In this document: piece after piece, positions 29,032 through 37,576 of the stretch
Position numbering within the stretch: position 1 is the first letter of the stretch
Layout: each line of letters starts with the position of its first letter
NCBI GenBank assembly: GCA_044222185.1
Contig: JBGANV010000001.1
Location: 1,696,001 to 1,760,000 of the forward strand
Reading direction: 5' to 3'
Length of the DNA: 64,000 nucleotides
Origin: Planctomycetota bacterium
GTDB lineage: Bacteria > Planctomycetota > GCA-002687715 > CAIWVZ01
Made by a program: the position numbers and the translations under genes
The notes under the pieces: model-generated
What the model saw: the letters and a program-made list of their open reading frames with translations, nothing else
Told to the model about the DNA's origin: nothing
The model's database searches: none

Positions 29032-29564
29032 GGTCGAGCTTTCAGCGGGGGCCGATCGTATCGCGAATACGCCGACGCGAACGCCGTGCTCCGTCTCGCG
29101 ACCGTGCAAGACCCCCGCAGGACCGTGTAGGTTTCACCCTGTCTCGAGCGTCGGAGCGCGGGTGTCCTCCGTGATTCTCCTCCCTACGAACTTCACGGGA
29201 TGAAGGACACAGAACCGCCGTCGCACGCACGGCCGTCATCCGATTTCTCGACGGAGTGGCGCCCGTAGACGATCTCGTCGCCACGGGAACCTTTGAGCGA
29301 ACGGCTCGATCGCCGCGGGATTCACGCGATCGGAAGGCTCGGCGCGCATGTCCCCGCGTCCCAGTCGCGACCTGCGTGAACTCACGGCGGCGCCGGTCCG
29401 CAAACCTGCGCATGGCGACGACGTCCGGCGCTCGCGAGTGTCAGTCTGCACGCGGCATGGTCGGCTCGCGGTTTGCAATCGCTGGCTGCCCCTCCTGCGG
29501 CGCGCCCGTCATTCAGGACCGCGCTGCAGGACCCGACCACGTGCCTCGTGCACAGGAGCCTTCA

Positions 29565-31154
29565 ATGAGAACCAAGACCATCACGTCGCTGCTCACCGTG
29601 GCGATTCTCATCGCGTCAGCGTCCGTGACGTCCGCCCAGGGCGCTCACGTTCGTCCGAGACTGGCGCCGGGTCAGACGACGAACTGGACCCCACACCCGA
29701 CGACCGACGCGCCCCTCGCGCTCACGACGCAGGACCTGACGACCGGCCTGACGGCGGCAGGGCTGGTACAGGGCATGCTCGGAAGCGGCGTCGTGGTCAC
29801 GAACGTCACCTACAACGGCGCGGCGCTCGCAGCCGGGCGGTTCCAGGGTGGCACGGGGATCATCGGCTTCGACTCCGGGATCGTGCTCAGCTCGGGAGAC
29901 ATGAACTCCGTCGTCGGGCCGAACCTCGGCGATGGGACGTCCACGATCAACAGCACGGGTAGCGACCCCGATCTCGCCTCGTTGATCCCGGGCTACACCG
30001 TCTACGACAGCGCGGCGTTGGAGTTCGACTTCTCCTGCCCCACGACGCAGGTGATCTCATTCCAGTTCGTGTTCTCCTCCGAGGAGTACAACGAGTGGGT
30101 CAACAGCCCATACAACGACGTGTTCGGGTTCTTCGTGAACGGCCAGAACATCGCCATCGTGCCAGGAACGTCGAATACGCCGGTGTCGATCAACAACGTC
30201 AACTGCAACAACCCGTACGCGCCGCCATCGGGCGCACACTGCGGCCAGTTCATCAACAACGACCTGAATGACGGCGGCGGGACGATCAACACGGAGATGG
30301 ACGGGCTGACACTGGTCTTCACGGCCACGGCGTCGATCAATCCCGGGATGAACCACATCAAGTTCGCCATCGGCGATGCGGGCGACGAGGTTCTGGACTC
30401 GAACGTCTTCATCCGCGCGGGCAGCGTCACCTGCGGCCAGCCCGGGCCGGTCTGCGAACTCCCGATGCCTGCGCTCGAACTCGGCGCCGGCCAGCAGACG
30501 GTTTCCGTCGGCACGCCGTTCAGCCACGCCATCCGCGCCATCGCGACGAACGGTCTCGCGAATCAGCAGGTCACGATCACGAGCGTTTCCGTCTTGCGAG
30601 ATGGCGTCCCCGCCGCCATGCCGGCCGGCGCCGTGATCACGCCTTCGCTTCCTCTCACGGGGCAGCCGGCGACGGGCACGTTCAGCTGGACCCCGACGTC
30701 GGCGCAGGTCGGCACGTGGGACTTCGTCTACCACCTGCTGGATCAGCTCGGCGGAACCGGAATCGGGACCGTGCGGTGCGTCTTCTCGCAGTTCGAAGAC
30801 ACCGACTGCTTCCTGTTCGGATCGCTCGCACCGGCTTCGATCGACCTCGGCACCGGTGACACGCTCCTGATCGACCTCAACCAGGCGATCTACGTCATCG
30901 CGCAGCCGAACGACGTTCCGGATTGGGGGATCCCGGACAATCCTCAGTTCCTCGGCGTGAACTTCTACTTCCAAGTCGGTCTCTACGACCCGGCGGTGTT
31001 CCCGGCCGATCCGGTGAAGTGCTCGAATGGCCTCCACATCGTGATCGGAGTGTCGAACATGGAGACCTACGGCCCATCGACCGGAATCACGCTCTGGTCG
31101 ACGACTCCGCCGCTGCTCGATGCGGACTTCACGGTGAACTTCGCCATCAACTGA
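29565..31154 (+). CDS. Secreted choice-of-anchor L domain protein with Ig-like domain and permuted C-terminal module
   Basis: AGGAG RBS and signal peptide VTSA-Q. GIVLSSG, LEFDF, F.FVFSSEEYNE...YNDVFGFFVNGQNIA, HIKFAIGDAGD.VLDSNVFI.AGS. TGTFSWTPT..QVG Ig-like motif. Confidence 0.9.
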   Translation: MRTKTITSLLTVAILIASASVTSAQGAHVRPRLAPGQTTNWTPHPTTDAPLALTTQDLTTGLTAAGLVQGMLGSGVVVTNVTYNGAALAAGRFQGGTGIIGFDSGIVLSSGDMNSVVGPNLGDGTSTINSTGSDPDLASLIPGYTVYDSAALEFDFSCPTTQVISFQFVFSSEEYNEWVNSPYNDVFGFFVNGQNIAIVPGTSNTPVSINNVNCNNPYAPPSGAHCGQFINNDLNDGGGTINTEMDGLTLVFTATASINPGMNHIKFAIGDAGDEVLDSNVFIRAGSVTCGQPGPVCELPMPALELGAGQQTVSVGTPFSHAIRAIATNGLANQQVTITSVSVLRDGVPAAMPAGAVITPSLPLTGQPATGTFSWTPTSAQVGTWDFVYHLLDQLGGTGIGTVRCVFSQFEDTDCFLFGSLAPASIDLGTGDTLLIDLNQAIYVIAQPNDVPDWGIPDNPQFLGVNFYFQVGLYDPAVFPADPVKCSNGLHIVIGVSNMETYGPSTGITLWSTTPPLLDADFTVNFAIN

Positions 31155-31270
31155 TCACCCTGCCCGGGCACCGTGCATCCGGATGCGCGTGCGCCCATCG
31201 AGCCGTCGCGCCCTCGGCGACGGCTCGGTCGTTCGTGGTGGACGAAGCCGTCGCCCCGCCGTTGCGCCCA

Positions 31271-31528
31271 TCAGTGATGGTGCGTCGAACACACGGGGCC
31301 GCCCGTTCGCTCGACGTAACAACCGCGACAGGTGACGCGCTCACCGCGCACGAAGCCCTGTCCGCAGTCGGTGCACCAGAACGTGCTCTGGTTCGTCACG
31401 TGGTCGCAGAGTGAGCATGCGCGGCCACCGTGGTGGTAATCGCGGTCGCCGTAGTGATCGTCGCCGTGACATCCTGAGGCACCACCAAGCGCCACGATCA
31501 CGAACAGCAGCATTGCAACTGACTTCAT
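31271..31528 (-). CDS. Small Cys/His-rich putative lipoprotein (85 aa)
   Basis: GGAGGA RBS before ATG 31528. MKS plus hydrophobic stretch plus ASG-C lipobox. CSLC, CTDC, CRGC, CSTHHH. Confidence 0.72.
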   Translation of the reverse strand: MKSVAMLLFVIVALGGASGCHGDDHYGDRDYHHGGRACSLCDHVTNQSTFWCTDCGQGFVRGERVTCRGCYVERTGGPVCSTHHH

Positions 31529-32034
31529 GACTGATCCTCCGGCGAGCGGAATGCAACCGATGTGCCGGTGAGTCAGGTGCGCCGACCACGTCGCGTCGCG
31601 GAAGGCCTCGGCGCAGGCGGAGCCAACACGTCCGTCAGGCAGGGTCTCGCCGCTTTCCCGCTGAAAACTCTCGCGCGACGGCCGATCTGCCAGGCTCGTT
31701 TCGAGCCGGGGGAAAACCCAGAGGGGCACATTCCGATGGTGTGGCCCGAACCCTGAGGCACGAATTGCGAACCCCCGAGTCCCCGCCGATGGGCCGCGGC
31801 GACCGGTCAGGCTTGCCGCTTCCGGTCAGGCAAACCTGCGAAACCGCCGCGATGGCGCCCAGGGCTTGTTCGCAGCGTCGAATACCCAGAGGCCCGGCGC
31901 GGCCGCTGGTCACGAGGGCAAAGTGCACCCGAGCGCGCGCCGGCGTCCAGGCCGCGTGCCCCACATGGACGGATCGGAGCACTCGGCCCGCCGATTCCCC
32001 CGCGTTCACCGCGGCCGTCGCACGCGCCGCGCCG

Positions 32035-33606
32035 TCAGGGAATCAACACGAACGTGCGCGGCGGTGTCAGGGCGACGGCGACCCCGGGAGCGACGACGAG
32101 GCCTCCGCTCGGATCGACGATCGCCGCCTGACCGTGAAGGACGAGTCCAGCGAGGTAGGGGTAGCTCGGAATGGGAAGCGCAAGCACGGAGGCCCCCGCA
32201 GCATCCGTCATGGTCGAACCGACCGAGCCGTCCGGAAGCAGGAGGTCGCCCGGTGCGACGGATATGGCCACACCGCATCCAACGGCGCTGCTCCTGGAAC
32301 GTGAAAGCGCGAACGTCACGGGTGCGTTCGGCGCAGCACCGGAGACCGAGAGGGCAAACGCGGCATTCCCGAGCGTCGCGCTCCCGCCAGAGAGGATAGG
32401 GACTCCACTCGAACCGGCGCAGCCGTGTCCGAAGCGGGACTCGTTGCGGAAGACGGTGCAGCCCCCGTTCGTCGTCGGCAGGCCGAAGAGATCGGGATCG
32501 CCGTCTGCGTCGATGTCCATCACAGAAACGGAGAGCACGTTGGCCGGTGGCGTGATCCCGAGAAATGCCTGCGACTGGAACTGTCGCGCACCGCGCCCTC
32601 GGAACACCGAGAGTGCCGTCTGATCGTAGTTGGCGGAGTTGCACGCAATCCCCGCCGTGCACCAGAGCTGTCGGACGACGATGTCCTGGATCCCGTCCTG
32701 ATCGAGGTCCGCGACCGCGATCGGAATGCCGGGCGAAAACTGCAGCGGAAGGTAGACGACCGGTATCTCGAGCCCGAGCGTGGGATGACCGAAGAGGATG
32801 AAGATGCCGGCTCCCGTGGCGAAGAGGAGATCGGCGCGACCGTCGAGGTCGACGTCGGCGGTGATGAAGTTCGACGCGCCGTAGAACGTCCCGACGAAGC
32901 GGGTGCTGATCGGCGGCACGCCGCCTCCGATGGCGAAGTAGAGCCAGAGTAGCTGGGCGGACGTCTCGAAATGTGCCACGTCCAAGTGGCCGTCGCCGTC
33001 GAAGTCCGCGAGACCCGCGACCGGGCCGGCGGGCCCGCCCCATGACGCAACGACCCAATTCGGCCACGCGTTCCTGCACACGGTGAAGCGGTAACTCACG
33101 GACCCGGTCGACGTATGGGCGGCAACCACATCGTCGAGCCCGTCGCCGTCGACATCTCCGACGAACGGAGATCCAAGAACCCCGCTTCCTCCCGTGATGA
33201 CGGACACCGCGCCGGGTGAGAATCCTCCAGCGTTGACCGTCCCGACCACGCGGTGGGTGAAGGCCAATCCATCGGCGACGACGAGATCCGGCAACGCGTC
33301 CCCGTCCAGATTGGCGAACGCGGGACTGCCGGTGACGCCATATGGGAGTGTCGAGTCCGTTCGCAGCCACGCGGCGGCGCCGGCGAGATTCGTGTCCGGA
33401 TCGAGCATGAGGCTGAGTCGGCCAGCGTCCGTGAACGCCAGGTCCGGCGTTCCATTTCCGTCGACGTCTGCCGTCACACCCGGCGCCGGACAGGCGTGGT
33501 TTGTGAAGAGCGGAGTGACGAGCCCTCGTGACTCCTGCGTGAGTAGCTGCGCGTGTACCCACGGAACGCCAGCCCAGCACACCAATGCAACGCTTGCGAG
33601 TCTCAT
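32035..33606 (-). CDS. Secreted FG-GAP/VCBS repeat protein with canonical C-terminal module
   Basis: GGAGG RBS and signal peptide WVHA-Q. Seven DxDGDGxxD-type motifs. Tail FGHGCAG...TDAAG...IPSYPYLAG...QAAIVDP...LTPPRTFVLIP. Confidence 0.88.
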   Translation of the reverse strand: MRLASVALVCWAGVPWVHAQLLTQESRGLVTPLFTNHACPAPGVTADVDGNGTPDLAFTDAGRLSLMLDPDTNLAGAAAWLRTDSTLPYGVTGSPAFANLDGDALPDLVVADGLAFTHRVVGTVNAGGFSPGAVSVITGGSGVLGSPFVGDVDGDGLDDVVAAHTSTGSVSYRFTVCRNAWPNWVVASWGGPAGPVAGLADFDGDGHLDVAHFETSAQLLWLYFAIGGGVPPISTRFVGTFYGASNFITADVDLDGRADLLFATGAGIFILFGHPTLGLEIPVVYLPLQFSPGIPIAVADLDQDGIQDIVVRQLWCTAGIACNSANYDQTALSVFRGRGARQFQSQAFLGITPPANVLSVSVMDIDADGDPDLFGLPTTNGGCTVFRNESRFGHGCAGSSGVPILSGGSATLGNAAFALSVSGAAPNAPVTFALSRSRSSAVGCGVAISVAPGDLLLPDGSVGSTMTDAAGASVLALPIPSYPYLAGLVLHGQAAIVDPSGGLVVAPGVAVALTPPRTFVLIP

Positions 33607-33878
33607 GCAGCGCCTCCGCGGAGAATCTACAGCGGATCGTTCGTGTTCGCATCAACCGACGCGTGCGGCGGCGCAGGCCTCACGCGCCCGCTCGGAACGG
33701 ACATCGCGATCCCGTGCGCGGCACTCGCTCCCTCGCCGGATCACGCAGGCAATTCCGATGCGAGGCGAGAACGAACCGCGTGAAGTCGGCTGGGCCATCG
33801 ACCCCCGGGTCGCTCCGTCGCGACGGACAACTTCAGTCGCAACCACGTCCGTGCGAACATCGCACCACGAGGAACCAC

Positions 33879-34574
33879 ATGAAGGTCGTCATCGGAGAGG
33901 CGATCGCACGCGCGACCCGACCGCAGAAGGTCTGGTTGCAGGCCAGCACGGCCACGATCTACGCCCACCGCCTCGACGCACCGAATGACGAGCTCACCGG
34001 GATCCTCGGAGGCGACGAGCCGGGCGCCCCCGAGACCTGGCGATTCAGCATCGGCATCCCGACGGCCTGGGAGGCCGCGCTCGACGCCGCAGTCACTCCG
34101 CACACGCGAAAAGTCGCCATGCGCTCGGCCATGGTAATGACGCCAGACCGCGGCGGCGTGTTCGACGTGCTCACGACGCTCGCCCGTCGCGGGCTGGGTG
34201 GCAACGTCGGCGGCGGTCGCCAATACGTCTCCTGGATCCACGGTGAGGACTTCGTCCGCAGCCTGTACTGGCTCGCCGAGCACGAAGAGCTCGCGGGCGC
34301 CGTCAACATCTCCTCGCCGAATCCACTCCCCTATTCCGACTTCATGCGCGAGATCCGGCGCGCGCTCGGCGTTCGCGTCGCACTGCCGGCGCCCGCCTGG
34401 ATGGTGGAAGTCGCGGCCTGGTTCATGCGCACGGAGTCCGAACTCGTCCTGAAGAGCCGTCGCGTGATCCCCACGCGGCTGTTGCAGTCGGGGTTCACGC
34501 TCCGCTACCCGAGATGGTCGGATGCGGACGCGGACCGCTGCGCGAGGCTGCGGCCGGTCCCGGCGGGAGCGTGA
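33879..34574 (+). pseudogene. Internally deleted paralog of the TIGR01777 epimerase, lacking the Rossmann NAD-binding motif
   Basis: GAGGA RBS. MKVVI joins directly to GEAIA..WLQASTATIYAH, so residues 6-93 of the 12949-13926 copy are absent while the rest aligns closely. Confidence 0.8.
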
Positions 34575-34746
34575 TTCCCACACGCCGCGGCCGAGAATCC
34601 CGCGCCTTCCGGCACGCGGCGGCGCCCGAGCCGCCGGGCTCGCACGGATCCGGATGCTGGACCGGGGTGATGCCGCCGTGTAGATTCGCGGTCGATTCTC
34701 GGCGCGCCGTCGTCTCCGACCGTGCCGCCGTCGGAGTGAAGCGTCG

Positions 34747-35328
34747 ATGCCCAACCGCAGCACCGGCTCCCATCGGGGAGTCCTCGTCCTCGCAGCCCTT
34801 CTCGTCGGCGTTCCGCTCGCGATCGCCTGCGTCATCCCGCGAACCCTCGCCCAACAGATCGGAATGGCCGGCGACGAGATCCTCGTTGCACGGGTCGACT
34901 CCGTTCGCGAGATCGACGTCATGGAGCCCGACGGCTTCACGTTCACCTGGACGATCGCCGACCTGTCCGTCGAAGAGTCGTTGGTCACGGGTTCACGCGG
35001 CGGCACGACACGCGTAGCCATGAGAGGCGGAGTGCGGCCCGGTTCGCGCTCGACGTCCATCACGCCATCGCCAGAGGACATGAAGCCAGGCCGGAGACTC
35101 CTGCTCTTCCTCGCAAGCCACACGCCGGGCGCGGGTCTCCCGGCCGATGTGCCGTGGATCGTCCCGTCGTTCGCCGAGGTCTACCGAATCGAGTCCGTCG
35201 ACACGCGAACGGGACCACGCGAGGTCCTGCTCGGACAGGGTGCGGGCGCCGCCTTCCCCGACAACCGATCGCTCGCCGAGGCGCGGGAAGAAGTGATCCA
35301 ACTCGCCAGGACCTTGAGGAAGCGGTGA
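34747..35328 (+). CDS. Exported hypothetical protein (OB/NTR-like), co-transcribed with the matrixin
   Basis: Signal peptide ending LAIA-C. Pattern DEILVARVDSV...TIADLSVEESL..G...RGG...KPGRRLLLFL. 4-nt gap to the next gene. Confidence 0.75.
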   Translation: MPNRSTGSHRGVLVLAALLVGVPLAIACVIPRTLAQQIGMAGDEILVARVDSVREIDVMEPDGFTFTWTIADLSVEESLVTGSRGGTTRVAMRGGVRPGSRSTSITPSPEDMKPGRRLLLFLASHTPGAGLPADVPWIVPSFAEVYRIESVDTRTGPREVLLGQGAGAAFPDNRSLAEAREEVIQLARTLRKR

Positions 35329-35332
35329 GCCC

Positions 35333-36886
35333 ATGAAGCGACGCAACCCTGCCACTCCGCTCCTGATCATCGTCGTCGCGCTCACGCTCGCGCCAGGCCT
35401 GATCCTCGCATTCACGACGCTTGGAGGTGGCCAACTCCTCGGCATCGCCACGAGCGGAACGGGTTATCAACGCGACGTCCGCGTATGGAACAACGCCGTC
35501 GACCCGACCGCGAACCCCAACGGCGCAACGGACCCTTCCCTGCCTGGAGCGAGCGGCGCAGCGCTTGCCGGGTGGCGTGCATCGCGCGCCTGGAACTCCG
35601 ACACCCCGACCGCCGGCGGCAACTTCGACTACGACTGGCAGGGCGCGGCCACGGCCTCGAATCCGAACCAGAACACCATCAGCTTCGGCGACACGGGGTG
35701 CAGCGGCTCCGTCCTCGCGTACACCGAGACGCCGGTCAACGACGGGTGGCGAATCCTCGTCTGCGAGTCCGCCTGGGTGTGGTACGCGGACAACGGAACG
35801 CCGACGGCCGGTCAGTACGACCTGCGCGGCGTTCTCACACACGAACTCGGGCATGCGCTGGGTCTCGGCCACAGCCAGACGGCCAATTGCGCCGGTTCGT
35901 CGTGCAGTTCGAACCCCTGCATGTGCGCGTTCATCTGCGGAACGGGCGCGCCGCAGCGCGTGATCACGGCCGACGATCAGGCCGGCGTGCAATCGATCTA
36001 CGGCACCATTCCCGCGAACAAGCCCCTCATCACGAGCGTGAGTGGCTCGCTCGTGACGGGAGGAACGATCACGATCATGGGGCAGAACTTCGCGCCGACG
36101 GTCTCCGTGAAGTTCTCTGCACGAACGTCCACGAACACGGGGTCGATCCCCGGCGTCGTCACCAACGTGCCGTCGACCTTGGGCGGAACTCGGCTGACCG
36201 TGGTCGTCCCCTCGGCGGCCGTCTCGGGGAACGTCGTCGTCTGGGAGCCCGCGCTCGGCGTCATGTCGAATGCATTCCCCATCGGTCTGGGTCTGACCGC
36301 ACCCGCCATCACGTCGGTGACGCCGCAATCCGTACCGGCATTCGGCGACCCCGTCGTCACGCTCACCGGGACGGCGTTCTCCCCGGCCACGCAGGTCGTG
36401 TTCGGAGGAGTGACGCTGTCCCTCCCCGGTGGGTTCACGATCGTCAACGACACGACGATCACGTTCCCCGCCCCGCCAGCGCAGGCCTTCGGGCCGGCAA
36501 CGGTCACGGTGACCAATCCGACGGGCACGAGCGCACCGGCGAACTTCGCGTACGTGGAAGTGGATCCGCCGCTCCTCATCACGCCCGGACTCACCTCATC
36601 CGCGGTGCCGTACACGGCGACTTTTGCCGGCGGCGCCAACGACACGTACTTCCTGGTCGCGGCACTGGACCCGACGACGACATCGTTCCTCGGCTTCACG
36701 GTCCTGCAGAACTACTTCGTGGTGACGTCCGGCGCACTGAACCCGCTCGGTCAGGGATCGCACACGGTCCAGATCCCACCCGGCCTGACGGGGATCACGT
36801 TCCGCATGCAGGTCGCGACGGTGAGTGACACGACCGCGAGCTTCGTCGGAGCAAGCAACATCACGCTCTCGGCAATCATCTTCTGA
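35333..36886 (+). CDS. Matrixin (M10-like metzincin) with IPT/TIG domains and C-terminal module
   Basis: HELGHALGLGHS, Met-turn PCMCA, DDQAGVQSIYG. P.ITSV...G...T..G.(N/A)F IPT repeats. Tail LNPLGQGSHTVQIPPGLTGITFRMQ...ASNITLSAIIF. Confidence 0.92.
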   Translation: MKRRNPATPLLIIVVALTLAPGLILAFTTLGGGQLLGIATSGTGYQRDVRVWNNAVDPTANPNGATDPSLPGASGAALAGWRASRAWNSDTPTAGGNFDYDWQGAATASNPNQNTISFGDTGCSGSVLAYTETPVNDGWRILVCESAWVWYADNGTPTAGQYDLRGVLTHELGHALGLGHSQTANCAGSSCSSNPCMCAFICGTGAPQRVITADDQAGVQSIYGTIPANKPLITSVSGSLVTGGTITIMGQNFAPTVSVKFSARTSTNTGSIPGVVTNVPSTLGGTRLTVVVPSAAVSGNVVVWEPALGVMSNAFPIGLGLTAPAITSVTPQSVPAFGDPVVTLTGTAFSPATQVVFGGVTLSLPGGFTIVNDTTITFPAPPAQAFGPATVTVTNPTGTSAPANFAYVEVDPPLLITPGLTSSAVPYTATFAGGANDTYFLVAALDPTTTSFLGFTVLQNYFVVTSGALNPLGQGSHTVQIPPGLTGITFRMQVATVSDTTASFVGASNITLSAIIF

Positions 36887-37576
36887 CGGCTTCGAGAAAC
36901 GGCGTGGACTGCAGCTCCGTCCCGTCGTGCGCGGCATCATGCCGGGTGCTTCGGCGCCCGCGAACGGCCGGGTGATGCACGGCGGTTCGACGCCTCGTTC
37001 CGCGACGGCGCCGAGGCGGCGCCGGTCACGCAACGGTTCGAGGGCCGCCGGACGTGGGAACCCGGCGCCAACGGCGAAATCGAAGGCGAACCACTCGTGT
37101 GGAGGCATCTCGCAATCATCGCCGTGCGCGCGAGCGCGCCGGCCGCCTCCGGCTGATCGAACTCCTCGACGGCACGAAGCGCGGCGCGCAACCACTCGAG
37201 GCCGAGGCTCCGCTGACGCCGCCCCTGTGCGTGAACGAGGTCGTCCTTCGAGCGGCGCCCGATCGGCCCGAGGCATGGCGGCTTCGGGGCGTCATCCCGG
37301 TTCCCATGATGGACGCGCGTCCACGTTCAGGGCGGGGGCGAGAGATCAGCCAATCCGGCCCGTCAGGACCTGCGCCTCCGACGATCCGACCTTCGGACGC
37401 GGCCATCACCGCGGACGATCCCGCCGGTGACCTCGTTCGGATCACTGCCTTCGACGCAGGACGCTCGTGCGTGCCGCCGGACTCACGGGGTTGCCGATGG
37501 CGTGTCGGCCTCGTGCACGATCGACGGGCCACTCCGGAACCGCGCCGCTCGAATGGCCCGTAGTAGGATGACGCGC

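Noticed and set aside
31271-31528. Multiheme cytochrome c call for the small Cys/His protein
   Set aside because: No CxxCH motif (CSLCD, CTDCG, CRGCY).
31820-31870. GGCAAACC...GAAA resembling a c-di-GMP-I riboswitch
   Set aside because: The stem around GAAA does not pair and the downstream GACGCAAA-like element is missing.
36890-37570. Possible gene remnant on the minus strand (RAVEEFDQPEAAGALAR / EMPPHEWFAFDFAVG fragments)
   Set aside because: Short fragments in different frames with no recognisable family. Too weak to call.
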